DNA of 64,000 bases from Vicugna vicugna. Its lineage: Eukaryota. The notes below the pieces were generated by a model, which had not been told where the DNA came from, did no database searches, and saw nothing but the letters and a program-made list of their open reading frames with translations. The position numbers and the translations under genes are program-made. Of the stretch, positions 12,351 through 23,659 are shown piece by piece. The stretch is taken from the NCBI GenBank assembly GCA_013265495.1, contig MU058198.1, positions 5,037,779 to 5,101,778 of the forward strand. The letters run 5' to 3'. The stretch's first letter is position 1. The number at the start of each line of letters is the position of its first letter.

Positions 12351-12879
12351 TAATGACTACTGCTGCCCTGTCTCATTTTCTCAAATCCTCCGGGGCTGCG
12401 GCTCAGAAGATGTGCAGATTCACAAGATCAGGCTGTTCCCTCTCTTTCTAATTTGCACTTTCAGACAATGAAAACCGGAGCGTCTATCCATTATGTGACA
12501 ATATCTTTCAGGGACGTTGCAGTCTGTTTTCATGAACTATGAGTGGACATGGGGGTTTATGAAGCAATATGGAGGGAAACTGCTTCACCACACTGCTCTT
12601 CTCTCGTTTCCCCAAGGACATAGACTGTGGGGAGTCAAAGCAGTTAGATATTGGGCTCCTGTTGCAAAAAAAAAAAAAAAAAAAAAAAGAAAGAAAAGGA
12701 AGCGAGAAGTCAGGAATTCAGTCCATGCAGCCATGGATTCAGACTCAGCTGGCATCTGTGAAGTACCTACTAGGTTCTAGAACCTTCCAGGTCCTAAGTA
12801 ATTTCACATGCACTGCCTCACTTGGCAGCACCCATGGACAGGATTCCAGTGCTTCCATTTTGCCTGGGGTCAGAGAAAG

Positions 12880-13320
12880 TGAGGACGTTCTATGCTAGTC
12901 TTGTTGGCCTGTCGCTGGCATTCATTCAGTTCCTTAAACCCATGGGGTCTTGTCTTGGGGTCTCTGCACACGCTCTTGCCTCTGCCTCACATGCTCTTCT
13001 CCCATCCCTCAAAGCCCTTACCTCATCACTCTTTCTCTTCCTTCAGCTCTCTGCTCGACTGTCAGTTCCTTGGGGAAGGCTCTTCTGATCACCTGATTCT
13101 GTGAGTTTATTTCATGGCATCAGGCCCCTCACTTCAAAGCATGTGTCATGTTGTACATCTAAAAGTCTGTCTTTCTTTAATAAATACTTGTCTTCCCCAC
13201 TAAACTACGACTTCTGTGAGATCAAGGACCATATCTGATTTTGCACATCCTGAGCTCCTAGCACAAAACCTGGAACACATTAGGTGCTCAATAAATATTT
13301 GTTAAGTGAATGAGTAAATT
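12880..13320 (+). mobile_element. L2 3' end
   Basis: cctagcacaaaacctggaacacattaggtgctcaataaatatttgttaagtgaatgag. Confidence 0.8.
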
Positions 13321-13660
13321 GGTTTGCCACAGTCGAAATCAACAAATATGAGTGGCTTAACACGGTGAAGGGCCGTTTCCCATTCAGCTGTGCACCCCAC
13401 CCACTGAGCAGTAAGCTCCAGCCTCTGCCCCAGAGCATCCTTGCTCAGGTGGGTAGGCGGATGCCGCCTCTGTCACCTGGAATGTTGTAAGTGAAGGGAA
13501 ATTGCAGATTGCTGCCAGCACTTACCTCCTTCCACCCGGAAGTGACAAATTCCCCTTCTACTCCCATTGTATTGGCTCAAGCAAGTCACATGCTCTTGTC
13601 AAACCTCCTCGGGGCAGCAAAGTGCAATTCTATGTTGCAAGAGAAATGCAGACCCGGCCG
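13320..13660 (-). mobile_element. MLT1I/J-like LTR
   Basis: agtggcttaacac...ggaagtgac...attggctcaagcaagtcacatg. Confidence 0.55.
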
Positions 13661-13811
13661 AAAACCAGTTCAACTGTCTCAGCTATGAGACTGGTCTGAA
13701 CTGCAACCACTGACCTTGGGGGGATCAGTCCTGCAAAGTCAACCTTTCATCTTCACTTAATTCGTTCTAACCTCATGGGCTGCCTCTCCTCTGTTCTTAG
13801 GAAGCCCACGT

Positions 13812-14280
13812 TATCATTCATCCATCCATCCATTCATTCAACTAATACTCTCAGAAGCTGTGTTCTGGGCCAGGCCCATGGCTGAGCAATAATGATCTAA
13901 AAATGAGCAAGACACGGCCCCTGCCTTCAAGAGGGCTCTAGACTAGTATGGGTGGGACTTTTAAATGGCTTTATAGTGTGAAAATCGTGATTTTTTCCAA
14001 TGTATTTTTGTTTGTTAGGGTTAAGGAAAACCTGGGACTCTGTGGATATGCTGTGGGATATCTGTCATTTTCAAGTCTGAGGGATGCTAGTCCAGTGGGA
14101 TATTTACATGGAATCAAACAAATGCTATAAAGTTTGGTAACTTCACAGAGACGTGTCATGCATAATGCTAAGGGAATGCTCAAGAGGGAGTGACTAATTC
14201 TGCCCCTGGGAACTCCAAGAAGGCATCACAGAAGAGGGATTGTCTGAGTTGAGTATTGAAGAATAAGGCAGAATGACCGA
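13812..14280 (-). mobile_element. L2 3' region
   Basis: tcattcatccatccatccattcattcaac tail; ggcccctgccttcaag; ggcatcacagaagaggg. Confidence 0.7.
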
Positions 14281-14868
14281 GATAACTTACTGGAAAAGAA
14301 GGTGTGTCTGGGAGTTGATGGTTCGATTTTTCATCCAGGATTCACTATTAGCTATGTGATATCACACAATTATCTTAATTTCTGGAAGCCCGAGTTTTCC
14401 TCTTCTATAAATGGGATGCCAGTAGTCTCTCCTTCATTGTGTTTTCCTGTTTTGTGTTGTTGTTTTGTTTTCAACCATTCTTCCTTCATGTTGAAAGCTT
14501 CCTATAGTGCCTGTCCCATTCTCAGCTCTTAGTCCCAGCTTGGGGAGGAAAAAGGGTCCAAGCATGACTAGCAGCACGGGCAGGAGCGTAACGCTAAGAC
14601 ACAGCTTGGCGTGGTTAGCAAACTGGAAGTCGTTTCGTGTGATGGGAGATAGGAATCGCAAATTCAGACTCCTCCAGCAGTCAGGCAGGGGAGATATTTA
14701 AATGAAACCGGAGAATCAGGTCTGTGGTACCCACCAGTCCTGGAGAGCCCCAGTGTTTCTTGAAAACCTTCACATTTAACTGTTTAAAAGACATGAATGG
14801 GGCCACTAAAACATGACTTCCGGCTGGGTGTGACTGGTGGACTGCCAGTTACAGTCTGACAACAGGAT

Positions 14869-14892
14869 TGTGTGTGTGTGTGTGTGTGTGTG
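14869..14892 (+). repeat. (TG)12 microsatellite
   Basis: read directly. Confidence 0.95.
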
Positions 14893-15900
14893 TACAGAGG
14901 ATATGCAGTTGGAATGGAGACCATGCGGAGGTTATAACAGAAAGGAAAGCGAAATCCACGTTTTATTAATCCATTAAAAATAAAGGCCATATGAGGTTGA
15001 GGTCTAAGTTACAGAAATGGAGACATGAAGTGCACAGATTCTTTTCCCCTGTATTACTCAAGCCAGGATTAATGAAAGCCGGGCCAGGGCCAAACGGCCC
15101 TTGCAATTTCTGGAAGAGATTGAGAGGGCTGTAAAGCTGGAGAACAGAACAGATTCTATACCTGAATAATCAATTAATGCGTCTTTAATGACGGTGAGGG
15201 AGATATGTACAAATTCCAAGTCAATCTCAAGAATTAATCGGCCAAGGCAACAGGGCCCGGTGTGGAAATAGGGGAGCCAGCAGGGCGTGGTTTGCAGACA
15301 ATCCTGTTTTACCATAAAACAAGGAGACAGGGATTCATGTCTTACCTCCCCTCCTGGGGCACGTGGGGGAAAGGACTCAGCAGTTTCCCATCAAAGTGTG
15401 TGAACTTGAGGACCAGGGAGAGAAGAAATGATGGGCAACAGAAGCAAAAACAAAGGGAGGATTTGTACCTCATCCAGTGAGCCAGCTCTTCCAATACAGA
15501 GGAAAGATTCAGGGAGAAACATCAAGATGCAGGCAGCTGAGAAAACCTGGTTAGCGGAGTCCCTTCTGAGCACAGTTGAAGATTTTCTTGAAATTTGTAA
15601 TTTCACCGCCGTAGCTTTTTGTTTCTCAGAAGCCACGCATAGTTTCCCCATTGTTTATGAAGATGTGCGGATTCACTAGCAATAAATTGTACCCATCACC
15701 CTCTGCTGACACATCCCTGTTGGGAAGACAAGCCGAAGACACATGAGATAGTGAAATGAGGTTTCAAGGATTGAAACAGGGCATTAAAATTTCACACTTG
15801 TCTCTACTCCCACACTCCGGCGTGTATACAGGCCGGGCCACGACCCCTAAATTCTCAGTGCCAGTACCAGGGTCGGCAACTTAGCAGGTGTTTGATAAAT

Positions 15901-15958
15901 GCCTGTTGAATAAATGCACGCCTTGTTGAATAAATGTACGCCTTGTTGAATAAATGTA
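15901..15958 (+). repeat. Three tandem copies of a ~20-bp unit (gccttgttgaataaatgtac) at an L2 tail
   Basis: units at 15901, 15920, 15940; preceded by an L2 3' end (agcaggtgtttgataaat). Confidence 0.9.
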
Positions 15959-16002
15959 TTTATGGGATGAGAAATTCACAGGAAAGGTCCACGTGTGATT
16001 TT

Positions 16003-16133
16003 AGGGGGAGGGGAGTAGTAATTAGTTTATTTATTTATTTTAATTTTTGTTTTTAATGGAGGTACTGGGGATTGAGCCCAGGGCCTCGTGCAGGCTAAGC
16101 GTGCGCTCTCCCACTGGGCTATACCCTCCCCCG
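16003..16133 (-). mobile_element. Camelid tRNA-Ala-derived SINE (Vic-1 type)
   Basis: minus strand ggggagggtatagcccagtgggagagcgcacgcttagcctgcacgaggccctgggctcaatccccagtacctcca + A-rich tail; TSD ggtccacgtgtgatttt (15986) / ggtccaagtgtgtttt (16134). Confidence 0.9.
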
Positions 16134-16204
16134 GGTCCAAGTGTGTTTTGAGAGGTCAGAAAAAGGAGACCAGATCTTGGATTCGAGCCACTGTTGAAAC
16201 GTGC

Positions 16205-16440
16205 AGTACAGCCAAGTGGTTAGAAGCAAGGTGTTCAAGACCCGACTGCTCAGTCCTTCTCCTGGTTTGGCCGTTTATAAGCCGTGTGAATTTGGGCAAT
16301 TTACTTAAGACTCTGGCTTCAACGTACTCATCTGTAAAAATGGTCAAGACAACATTATTGACCTCAAGAGGTTTTTGTAAGGATCAAACATGTTAATTAA
16401 TATAAATTATAGGGTAAGCCCCTAATAGAATTTCAACCAT
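16205..16440 (+). mobile_element. MIR
   Basis: aagtggttagaagc...tgtgaatttgggcaatttacttaa...ctcatctgtaaaaatgg. Confidence 0.8.
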
Positions 16441-16867
16441 TTTTATTCCCGGAGATGTTTCCAGTACCATTCAGTGCACATTTATGCAGATTCCCCTAAC
16501 ACATGCTTAAAATTTCATTTAAGTGAGAGAGTTGATCCCATTGTGTTCTGTTTTGATGCCCACGTGAACTTCAACCTCGCTAGGCTGGATGCTGTTGGAG
16601 AGCAGGGCTAACACTGTTGTGTATCTCCCCATGCTCAGTGCCCCCAGCGCAGGACCTCACCCAGAACAATGGGACCACATGAAGACTGCACAGATGAGTG
16701 AACAGATAAGGGAGCGTGGCTAAAATAAAGTATAAATGGAGAAAGCCACAGAGTCAGGGACCAGGGTTTGTATTTTGATCAGCAGGGTGAGGAGCTGGGG
16801 GATAAGACTGGCTGGAACTGGTGGTAAGAATCCAGGGGAACCGATGTGGGAACTCAGAGCAGGACTC

Positions 16868-17010
16868 TCATTCATTCTTTCACTTATTCAGTCATTCAAC
16901 AAACATTTCCTGCACACCTGCTGTATGCCAGGCATGCTGCTACCCTCTGGGAGTAGCATGGTGAGCAAAGGAGACATTGTAACTGCCCTTAAGGCACTTA
17001 CAGTCTAGAA
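16868..17010 (-). mobile_element. L2 3' end
   Basis: tcattcaacaaacatttcctgcacacctgctgtatgccaggca. Confidence 0.8.
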
Positions 17011-17130
17011 GATTTTATTTTACACACACGGAAACTGAGTCCTAGCGAGGCCATGTAATCTCTTCTAGCCTGATACAACCAGTTGCTGACAAGGTCAGGA
17101 AAGAACAGGTTCCCAACCCTCAGCGTTTGA
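17010..17130 (-). mobile_element. MIR core
   Basis: attttacacacacggaaactgagtcctag. Confidence 0.6.
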
Positions 17131-17229
17131 ACATTTGACACGACGCCAAGGACCACAGCTAGTGACCCAGGAGCCACAGGAGCCACATCTGGTCCTCACA
17201 AACACTATGCTGGGCCCACGTGGTGTTTC

Positions 17230-17310
17230 ACACTTTGGGGAACTTCAGGCACACATCAGCTTTTCTACCTTCTCTGGAAAAATCAGATCTGGCAACCCTG
17301 GGTCCATGTT
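17230..17310 (-). mobile_element. MER102-like fragment
   Basis: cttctctggaaaaatcagatctggcaaccctgggtcc. Confidence 0.5.
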
Positions 17311-18225
17311 TCCTCACGTTCAGAGAAATGGCAGGAACTCAGGAGCAAACAGTGGGTCACTTTCCTTACAGGCATCCCATCTTCATGGCCTTGCACTTGG
17401 CCCAGTTCACCTGCAAGTGGCACCTGCCTGGCCCCTGTAGTGGTGGGACTTTGCAACCCCTGCTCCACACTGTTACCTTTAATGTCCTCACCTTGCTGCT
17501 GAGGGTTCTTCCAGCCCTCCAGGAGAGGGTGGAGAACACCACACTCCCCCTCTGCACGTGGAGGCTGCCAGCTACCCAACGTTTCTCTCTCATCTGCTCT
17601 CCCCTCCATCTCACCCCTCCGTCCTTACTTCTAAGCAATGAGAGGAACGGCCAGGAGCCCTGTGCTGCTCACACACCCCTCCACCCCGGGACCCCAAGCA
17701 GCAACATCCGTTGAGGAGGCAGGGCACCATCATTTAGTATTTTTATATCCTAATCATTCTGGTCTCGAAGTTCATTCATTATGGATGCAGAAATGGTAAT
17801 ACACTGATATTTTAATGCTCTTAAGCATACAATATTCTTATTAGTCCAAGGGCCTTTTTTCATCCATAATTGAATGGTTTACTTAATTATTGCTTTATGG
17901 TAATGACTCTGCATTTCCATTTTTCTATAGGGTGCCTCTTTGTAACAGAAGGGCGCTCAGAATCAGGAGGGCTGGCTATGCTAATTGGCTTCATTATAAG
18001 AGCAGCCAGCATTCTGGCCACCCAGGGATAAGCTATTCCCTGGGGCTAGAATGAAAACACAGAGAAAGGGCGGTGGGTCCCTCTGGCTCCCTGGGATCTC
18101 GTATGCCACTTCTCATCAAAACAGATCCCAGATCTGCAAAATGGAACCTCTTTTCCTCAGTGGTGACAGCTAGACCATGAGCATGAATTGAGAGCTATTT
18201 ATATCAGTTTGTCCATTTAATCAGG

Positions 18226-18300
18226 ATTTTTTTTCTGTTTTTCTTTTCTTTTTTTTCTTTTTTTTCTTTTTTTTTTTTTTTTTTTTTTTTTTGTTTTTTT
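18226..18300 (+). repeat. Long T-rich polypyrimidine tract
   Basis: ~75 nt almost entirely T with scattered C/G. Confidence 0.95.
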
Positions 18301-19029
18301 GTGGTTTAGCGGTTTTCAGCGAGATGGGAACTCTCTCCCTGTCCGAGGCGTTTGGTTCAAATCAGCTGAGACAGAATAATCAAGATTTATGATTTTCATT
18401 CTGACTCCCCTCACACAGTCACCGCAATTGCTACTCGCCAGCTGCACCCCCCCACACCCCCTGCCTGACTGACACCCACCTCACTGTCTCTCCAGGGCGT
18501 GATTTAATGTCCATCTTGAAAACTGTCAAAACACTTCTGGCGGCGCTCCAGGTAACAGCTGCGTGGTTTCTGTGCTCCGCCGACACCCCCCTCCAATTAC
18601 ACCCAGCTCCCACCCATCTTACCTCCCAAAGTCTGTGAATGCTTAAAGCCCAGGACTTGGGGAACTTCTGAGAAGCGCTGTCAGGTCTAGAGAAGACAGT
18701 GGCCGTCACCTGGGACAGTTGGTGGTGGAATCAAAGAGGTGACTTGAGTCACACTGGGATAACTTTATCTCACTTGATCGTGGCCTGAATGGAGGATAAA
18801 TGTGGGTGACAGAGACTGCCCTTGCTTCTATTTAAGGAAGTGATGCTCTTTATAGGGTTCCAGGAATGTGATAGACTCAGAGCCAGTGGCACCCTCTACT
18901 GTGCCTCCCCGACCCAAGCAAGGATCCAAGTCTGAAGACAGAGGGGAGGCTCACTCTGACTGTTCGCACAGCCAAGCTAGGGATGCTCAGGAAGGAGGGG
19001 GCTGTGGGAGCCTTAGGACTGAGGCTTTG

Positions 19030-19208
19030 CATTTCTAAGAACTTGAACTGGCATCTGAATCATCTGGAGGACTTGGCAGACGCAGATTGCTGGACCCCGC
19101 TCCCGACTTTCCGGGTCTGGTGTGGGACCCGATGCATGGTATTTCTAAGGAACTCCCAGGGGACGCGGGTGCCGCTGTCCTGAAGAATCCCACTTTGAGA
19201 ACCCCTGG
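19030..19208. mobile_element. MER5A (hAT-Charlie)
   Basis: gaatcatctggagg...gcagattgctgg...atttctaaggaactcccagggga...cactttgagaacccctg. Confidence 0.8.
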
Positions 19209-19229
19209 TGGCGTGGTTAGGAGCTTGGC

Positions 19230-19388
19230 TGCTCAGAATGTGGATAAGGGACCAGCAGCAGCAGCAGCGGCACCTGGGAGCTGGTTGGAAATGAGTCTCA
19301 AGCCCCACCCAGACCTTCCGAATGAGAAACTGGATTTAACTAGATCTTCAGGTGATCTGTATATACGTTAAAGGGTGAAAAGCTCTGG
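19230..19388. mobile_element. MER5A1-like element
   Basis: ccagcagcag...cacctgggagctggttggaaatg...ccccacccagacct...caggtgat. Confidence 0.75.
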
Positions 19389-19545
19389 CTAGGAAACCCC
19401 AAGTCTGGAACCCCCGTTGCCTAGACTCAGATCCAACCCCTGCAGTTACTAGTTTTGTCCTCTTTGGTGAATTAACAGACCTATCTATGCCTCAGTTTCC
19501 ACGTGTATGCAGTGGGGATGAGAAAGACGGTCAACACTTTCATAC

Positions 19546-19740
19546 CGTAGAGCACGGGAAACTAAATTCAACGTCATCTAGTAACTTATGGTGAAAAAGA
19601 ATAATAGCAATGAATATATGTATGTTCATGTATGACTGAGGCATTATGCTGTGCACCAGAAATTGACCCAGCATAGTAATCTGACTATACTTCAATAAAA
19701 ATATATATATATTTAAAATATTTTAAAATAAAATTTAAAG
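19546..19740 (+). mobile_element. L1 3' end (cetartiodactyl/camelid type)
   Basis: gaatatatgtatgttcatgtatgactga...gctgtgcaccagaaattgac...ctgactatacttcaataaaa + AT tail. Confidence 0.85.
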
Positions 19741-19950
19741 TATATATAAAATCCACCTAAAGAAATAGATGTAAAGGATTTGCAACAGCACCTAGCATAT
19801 TGTAAGCCCTCATTAAACGTGATTGCTGATATTTATTTGTTTGAAGCTTTCAAACCTCAAAGTAGAGCTTGCATGAGGATTTGAACATCTATCAGGTGTA
19901 TGTGAGATCATTGCAAATGCTCATAATTTAAAATTAAAAGAATTTAATTT

Positions 19951-20307
19951 CAGCAGGCTTGGACAACTGTCTGACTAAGGGCCACATTTGTCTGGCAAAT
20001 TTCAATTATTCTATGAGGTGATTAAAAAAAAAAGTTGCCAACTTTTAAATATGGGGACATTTTACCTAAGTATTTGGATTTTCAGCTTCCTTAGAGAAGC
20101 TGAAAGATCTGGCCTCAGGAGGCTCGCATTCTTGCCAAGTAGCTCAGTGACCAGCTAGGGGTGGGTGGCAGCGTCCGTCATGGGCAGGATGGGATGGGCA
20201 TTTTTTTCGCCATTTACCCCTGTCCCCAACCACTCCCCATTGTCCTACACACAGCCTGCTTTACTCATTTACATTACCCCTCTAGACATCTGAGTTAGCA
20301 ATTTCTG
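19951..20307 (-). mobile_element. MER102-like hAT fossil, near full length
   Basis: gttgccaacttttaaa...ggattttcagcttccttagagaagctgaaagatctggc...ccccaaccactccccattgtcctacac...actcatttacattacc. Confidence 0.75.
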
Positions 20308-22169
20308 CACTTTATTATGTGAGTTTCACTGGAAATGACATAAAATGGCCAGTCCCGAGTTACCATTACCGGTAAGAGGCCCATAGCTACGGCTAAATGG
20401 AATCCAACCATGTACATCAAGTTCATGGCAGCCCCATTAAGAGCACACCAGCTAGAGAGGCCAAAACACCTAGCATGCATCCTACTGCTGAAGCGTTTCA
20501 GTTCATGCAGCTCAGCAGGACTGGGGAAGGCTGCGGCTGACGGCGGTCTGGCGTGGCTGGGTCACGCTGAGCCTCTGTTGGCTTTTCCCTGCTCAAAAAC
20601 CATCTGTTCTGTCATGTTTTCTAGAATTGAACTGGGGTTTGATGTCACTCGGCCCAATCTGCAATTCCTGGGACTCAGCATTGACTCTTTGGCCTTGTCT
20701 GAGAATGAGCTCATCAGCCTGTCTTCAATCTCTTGGCACCTTTTTCACCTACTTACCCTAAATGTTTCTTCTTTCTTTCTTGAGGTTCGACTTATACTCC
20801 ATAATCAGTGCCTCTGTTTGAACCACTGATTTAAGTGCTGGAGGAAAGCCAGACATATTTTCTTCCCTCCCCATCCATCTTCCATGTTTCTCTGGAGACA
20901 GAAAACAAAAGCAAAATGAAAAGTAACAAACAAACAACAACAAGCAAAGCCCAGGCCACTTCTCTGTTTAAAAGCCTCCAGTTTTCTATGAGCTAAAGCT
21001 CACCTGTTCTCATGTGACACATGAAATTCTTTGTAATATGACCTGCATCTTACAGGGTTTCTTGGTTACAGGCACAGTACCTATCTCCGAACAGTGCAAG
21101 CCTTAAAAACAATGCATTGGAGAAACCTCAGGGAATAGAAGAAATAATTGAATTAAGAAGCTTAAGAAAGGACTGGAACCAGAGGATCCCCAATACCCCA
21201 GAGAATATGAGTTAAGAAACAATCTCTTCCAGACCCTGTGGCCAGTAAAAAGCCAGCACTGAGACTTTATCTTCAGCCTTTCCATTCATGATTCACATTC
21301 CTAGGCGCTCCCCTACGTTGGGTGTCTTCTTGGCAGGGATACCCATCAAAGCATCCCATGCCCCTTGGGTAAAGAGCAGTGACCTATGTTTTGCCAACTT
21401 GAGTAAGAAGGCAGTGTCATTCCTAAGCCCCTGCCACAAGCATCCTTGCCTTGGATCATGTCCACTCTGTCCCTTCTCACACTGCATGTCTTCCCATGGG
21501 ATAAGGAGGCCATGGACAAGGGCAGTTGCTCACCACAACCCATACCTTTCCTTCTGGACCATTCTCTTGGTAACAGAAGACCTGGATTTCCCTGCCCAAG
21601 TTGCCTCTTCCCTGGATCTGTCCTCCCAGGGGCAGGTTGCATACCAAAGCCAGAGGGGACGTAAAACCAGTTGCCCACCAATTTTCAATGTTCAGTTTGC
21701 AGTGTATCTACACATGGGCAAAAAATTCACAGCAATGATGGACGGAGCTGGCAGGAGGAAGAGAAGTGAGGGACAGGCTAAGGATAGTGATCCAGGAGCC
21801 ATGAATCAGGAGCTGGCTCTCCGCGTGCTGCCATATTTTGGCAGGGAAGCCTGGGAAATCAGAGGATTTTAAATTTGAACGTGGTCTCCCAGGTCATTAT
21901 GAAGATGAGAGGGTAGTACATATTTTATATAACATTTCAACAGGTTGCCGTAAAACTTTCAAATACCTCGGCATGTGGTACATAGCCCCTCGTTTGTACT
22001 CTTACCCTGAGTTCTGCAACATCATAGGCAGGTTTGTCAGAGAGAATTTGAGAGTTGCTACCCAAGGAAAAGGCACCAGCAATGTCCACGTGTTGCCAAG
22101 ATTCTGTTTCCCACACTTGCATTGAATAATCCAGCCCCTTCATGTTCATTCGCCCAGGGGCTCAGCAGA

Positions 22170-23425
22170 TCCTGCAAATGCAGGAACCTCCCAACTGGTC
22201 TCAATGCTTCCACTCTGGAGTCTTCTCAGCGGAGCAGCCACACATCCTTTAAAATGTGTAACAGATCCAGCTACTTCTTAGTTCAGAACCCTTAGGTGAC
22301 TTCCATCTCTCTCAGGAAAAGCCAAAGCCCTTTGCATTTCTTTCCTCCCTGATCTTTATTATTTCTTTCCTTCTGCTAACTTTAGGTTTTGTTTGTTCTT
22401 CTTTTTCTAATTCTTTTAGAAGATAGGTTAGGTTGTTTATTTGAGATTTTTCTTGTTTTTTAAGGAAGGCCTGTATTGCTATGAACTTCCCTCTTTGGAC
22501 TGCTTTTGCTGCACCCCATAGGTTTTATGAGGCTGTGTTTTCATTGTCATTTGTCTCAGGGTATTTTCTAATTTCCTCTTTGATTCCATTGTTGATCCAT
22601 TGGTTTTTTAGTAGCATGCTTAGTCTCTATGCAGTTGTCTTTTTTTCTCATTTCTCTTTCTGTGGTTGATTCTAGTTTTGTGTCATCATGGTCAGAAAAG
22701 ATGCTTGAAATACTTTCTGTCTTCTTAAATTTGTCTCAACAAAACACTTGTTTTGTGTCTGAGTATGTGATCTATCCTAGAGAATGTTCCATGTGCACTT
22801 GGAAAGAATGTATATTCTGGGTTTTTTTTAATGTGATGTCCTAAAAATATTAATTGAGTCTAACTGTTCTATTGTGTCATTTAGTATCTCCATTGTGTTG
22901 TTGATTCAAAGTCCTTTTCGTATTTCACAAAGTTTTGCATGACCTGTCCCAGCCCCCGCCTGCTTTCTGACCCACAGTCTTCTTGCTGACCCGCTGCAGC
23001 TGTTCTGTCCCGGTTGTCACTGGGACATGTCAAGCTCAGCCCTGCCTCTGCAGCTGCTATTCTTGTGCCTGGAATGAATGTTCTTTCCCTCTTTGTCTCC
23101 AAGGCTAGTTCTCTTAGTGCCTTCAGATCTCTGTCCATGGTACCTCCTAGCATGGCCACCGTTAGGTGACTCCAGCTGAAGTGGGGGACCTCATTCCTGT
23201 GCCAGCACTTTCCATTCCCCTTCCCTGCATTAGGCTCCCAATAACACTCATTGTCACACTATGCATTTTGCTTGTTCGAATGCATCTTGTCTGTCTAGAC
23301 AGACTAGAATAGAAGTGACACGAGGTGGGGGGACCTTTGTCTTTTTTTCTGCTGTATGTCCAGCACCTGGAACATTCCTGAGCTCAGAGGAGACACTCCA
23401 CAAATGTTTGTTGAGTGAATGGATG
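22170..23425 (+). mobile_element. L2, interrupted by L1
   Basis: cctcccaactggtctc...; resumes after 22920; ends cacctggaacatt...aaatgtttgttgagtgaatggatg. Confidence 0.8.
22341..22906 (-). mobile_element. Internal L1 ORF2 fragment (endonuclease C-terminal part and linker)
   Basis: minus strand encodes decayed EYTFFPSAHGTFSRIDHIL...[13 protein letters not shown]...IIKIREE. Confidence 0.9.
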
Positions 23426-23659
23426 AAAGTGTACATGTCCGTGGGCCCTGAGCCCCAGCTCATGGTCCCCTCTCTGCCTGGGATGCCACCATCATCTTCT
23501 CCAATGGCTCATCCTTCAAGACCTAATTCAGTGTTACCCTGTCTCTGTGGCATCTCTTCTTCTCCATCCCACCCCAGAAGATTTTCCTTTGGTACCACCA
23601 TCACACTTTACACACACTTCTATTATCGTGCTCACCATATTGAATTATTGTCTTGCTTT

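Larger units (their letters stand above)
19209..19820 (+). mobile_element. MIR broken into three pieces by MER5A1 and L1
   Basis: head gtggcgtggttaggagc (19209), core gcctcagtttcc (~19490), tail cagcacctagcatattgtaagccctcattaaa (~19785). Confidence 0.65.

Noticed and set aside
12517..12898. Poly-Lys ORFs (also 32478-32834, 39499-39705)
   Set aside because: Translations of poly(A)/poly(T) runs
15901..15958. Short direct-repeat array as CRISPR-like
   Set aside because: No spacers, mammalian context, derived from an L2 tail
16055..16133. tRNA-Ala(AGC)-like sequence (also 55830-55910)
   Set aside because: Followed by a SINE tail and flanked by TSDs; it is a SINE head, not a tRNA gene
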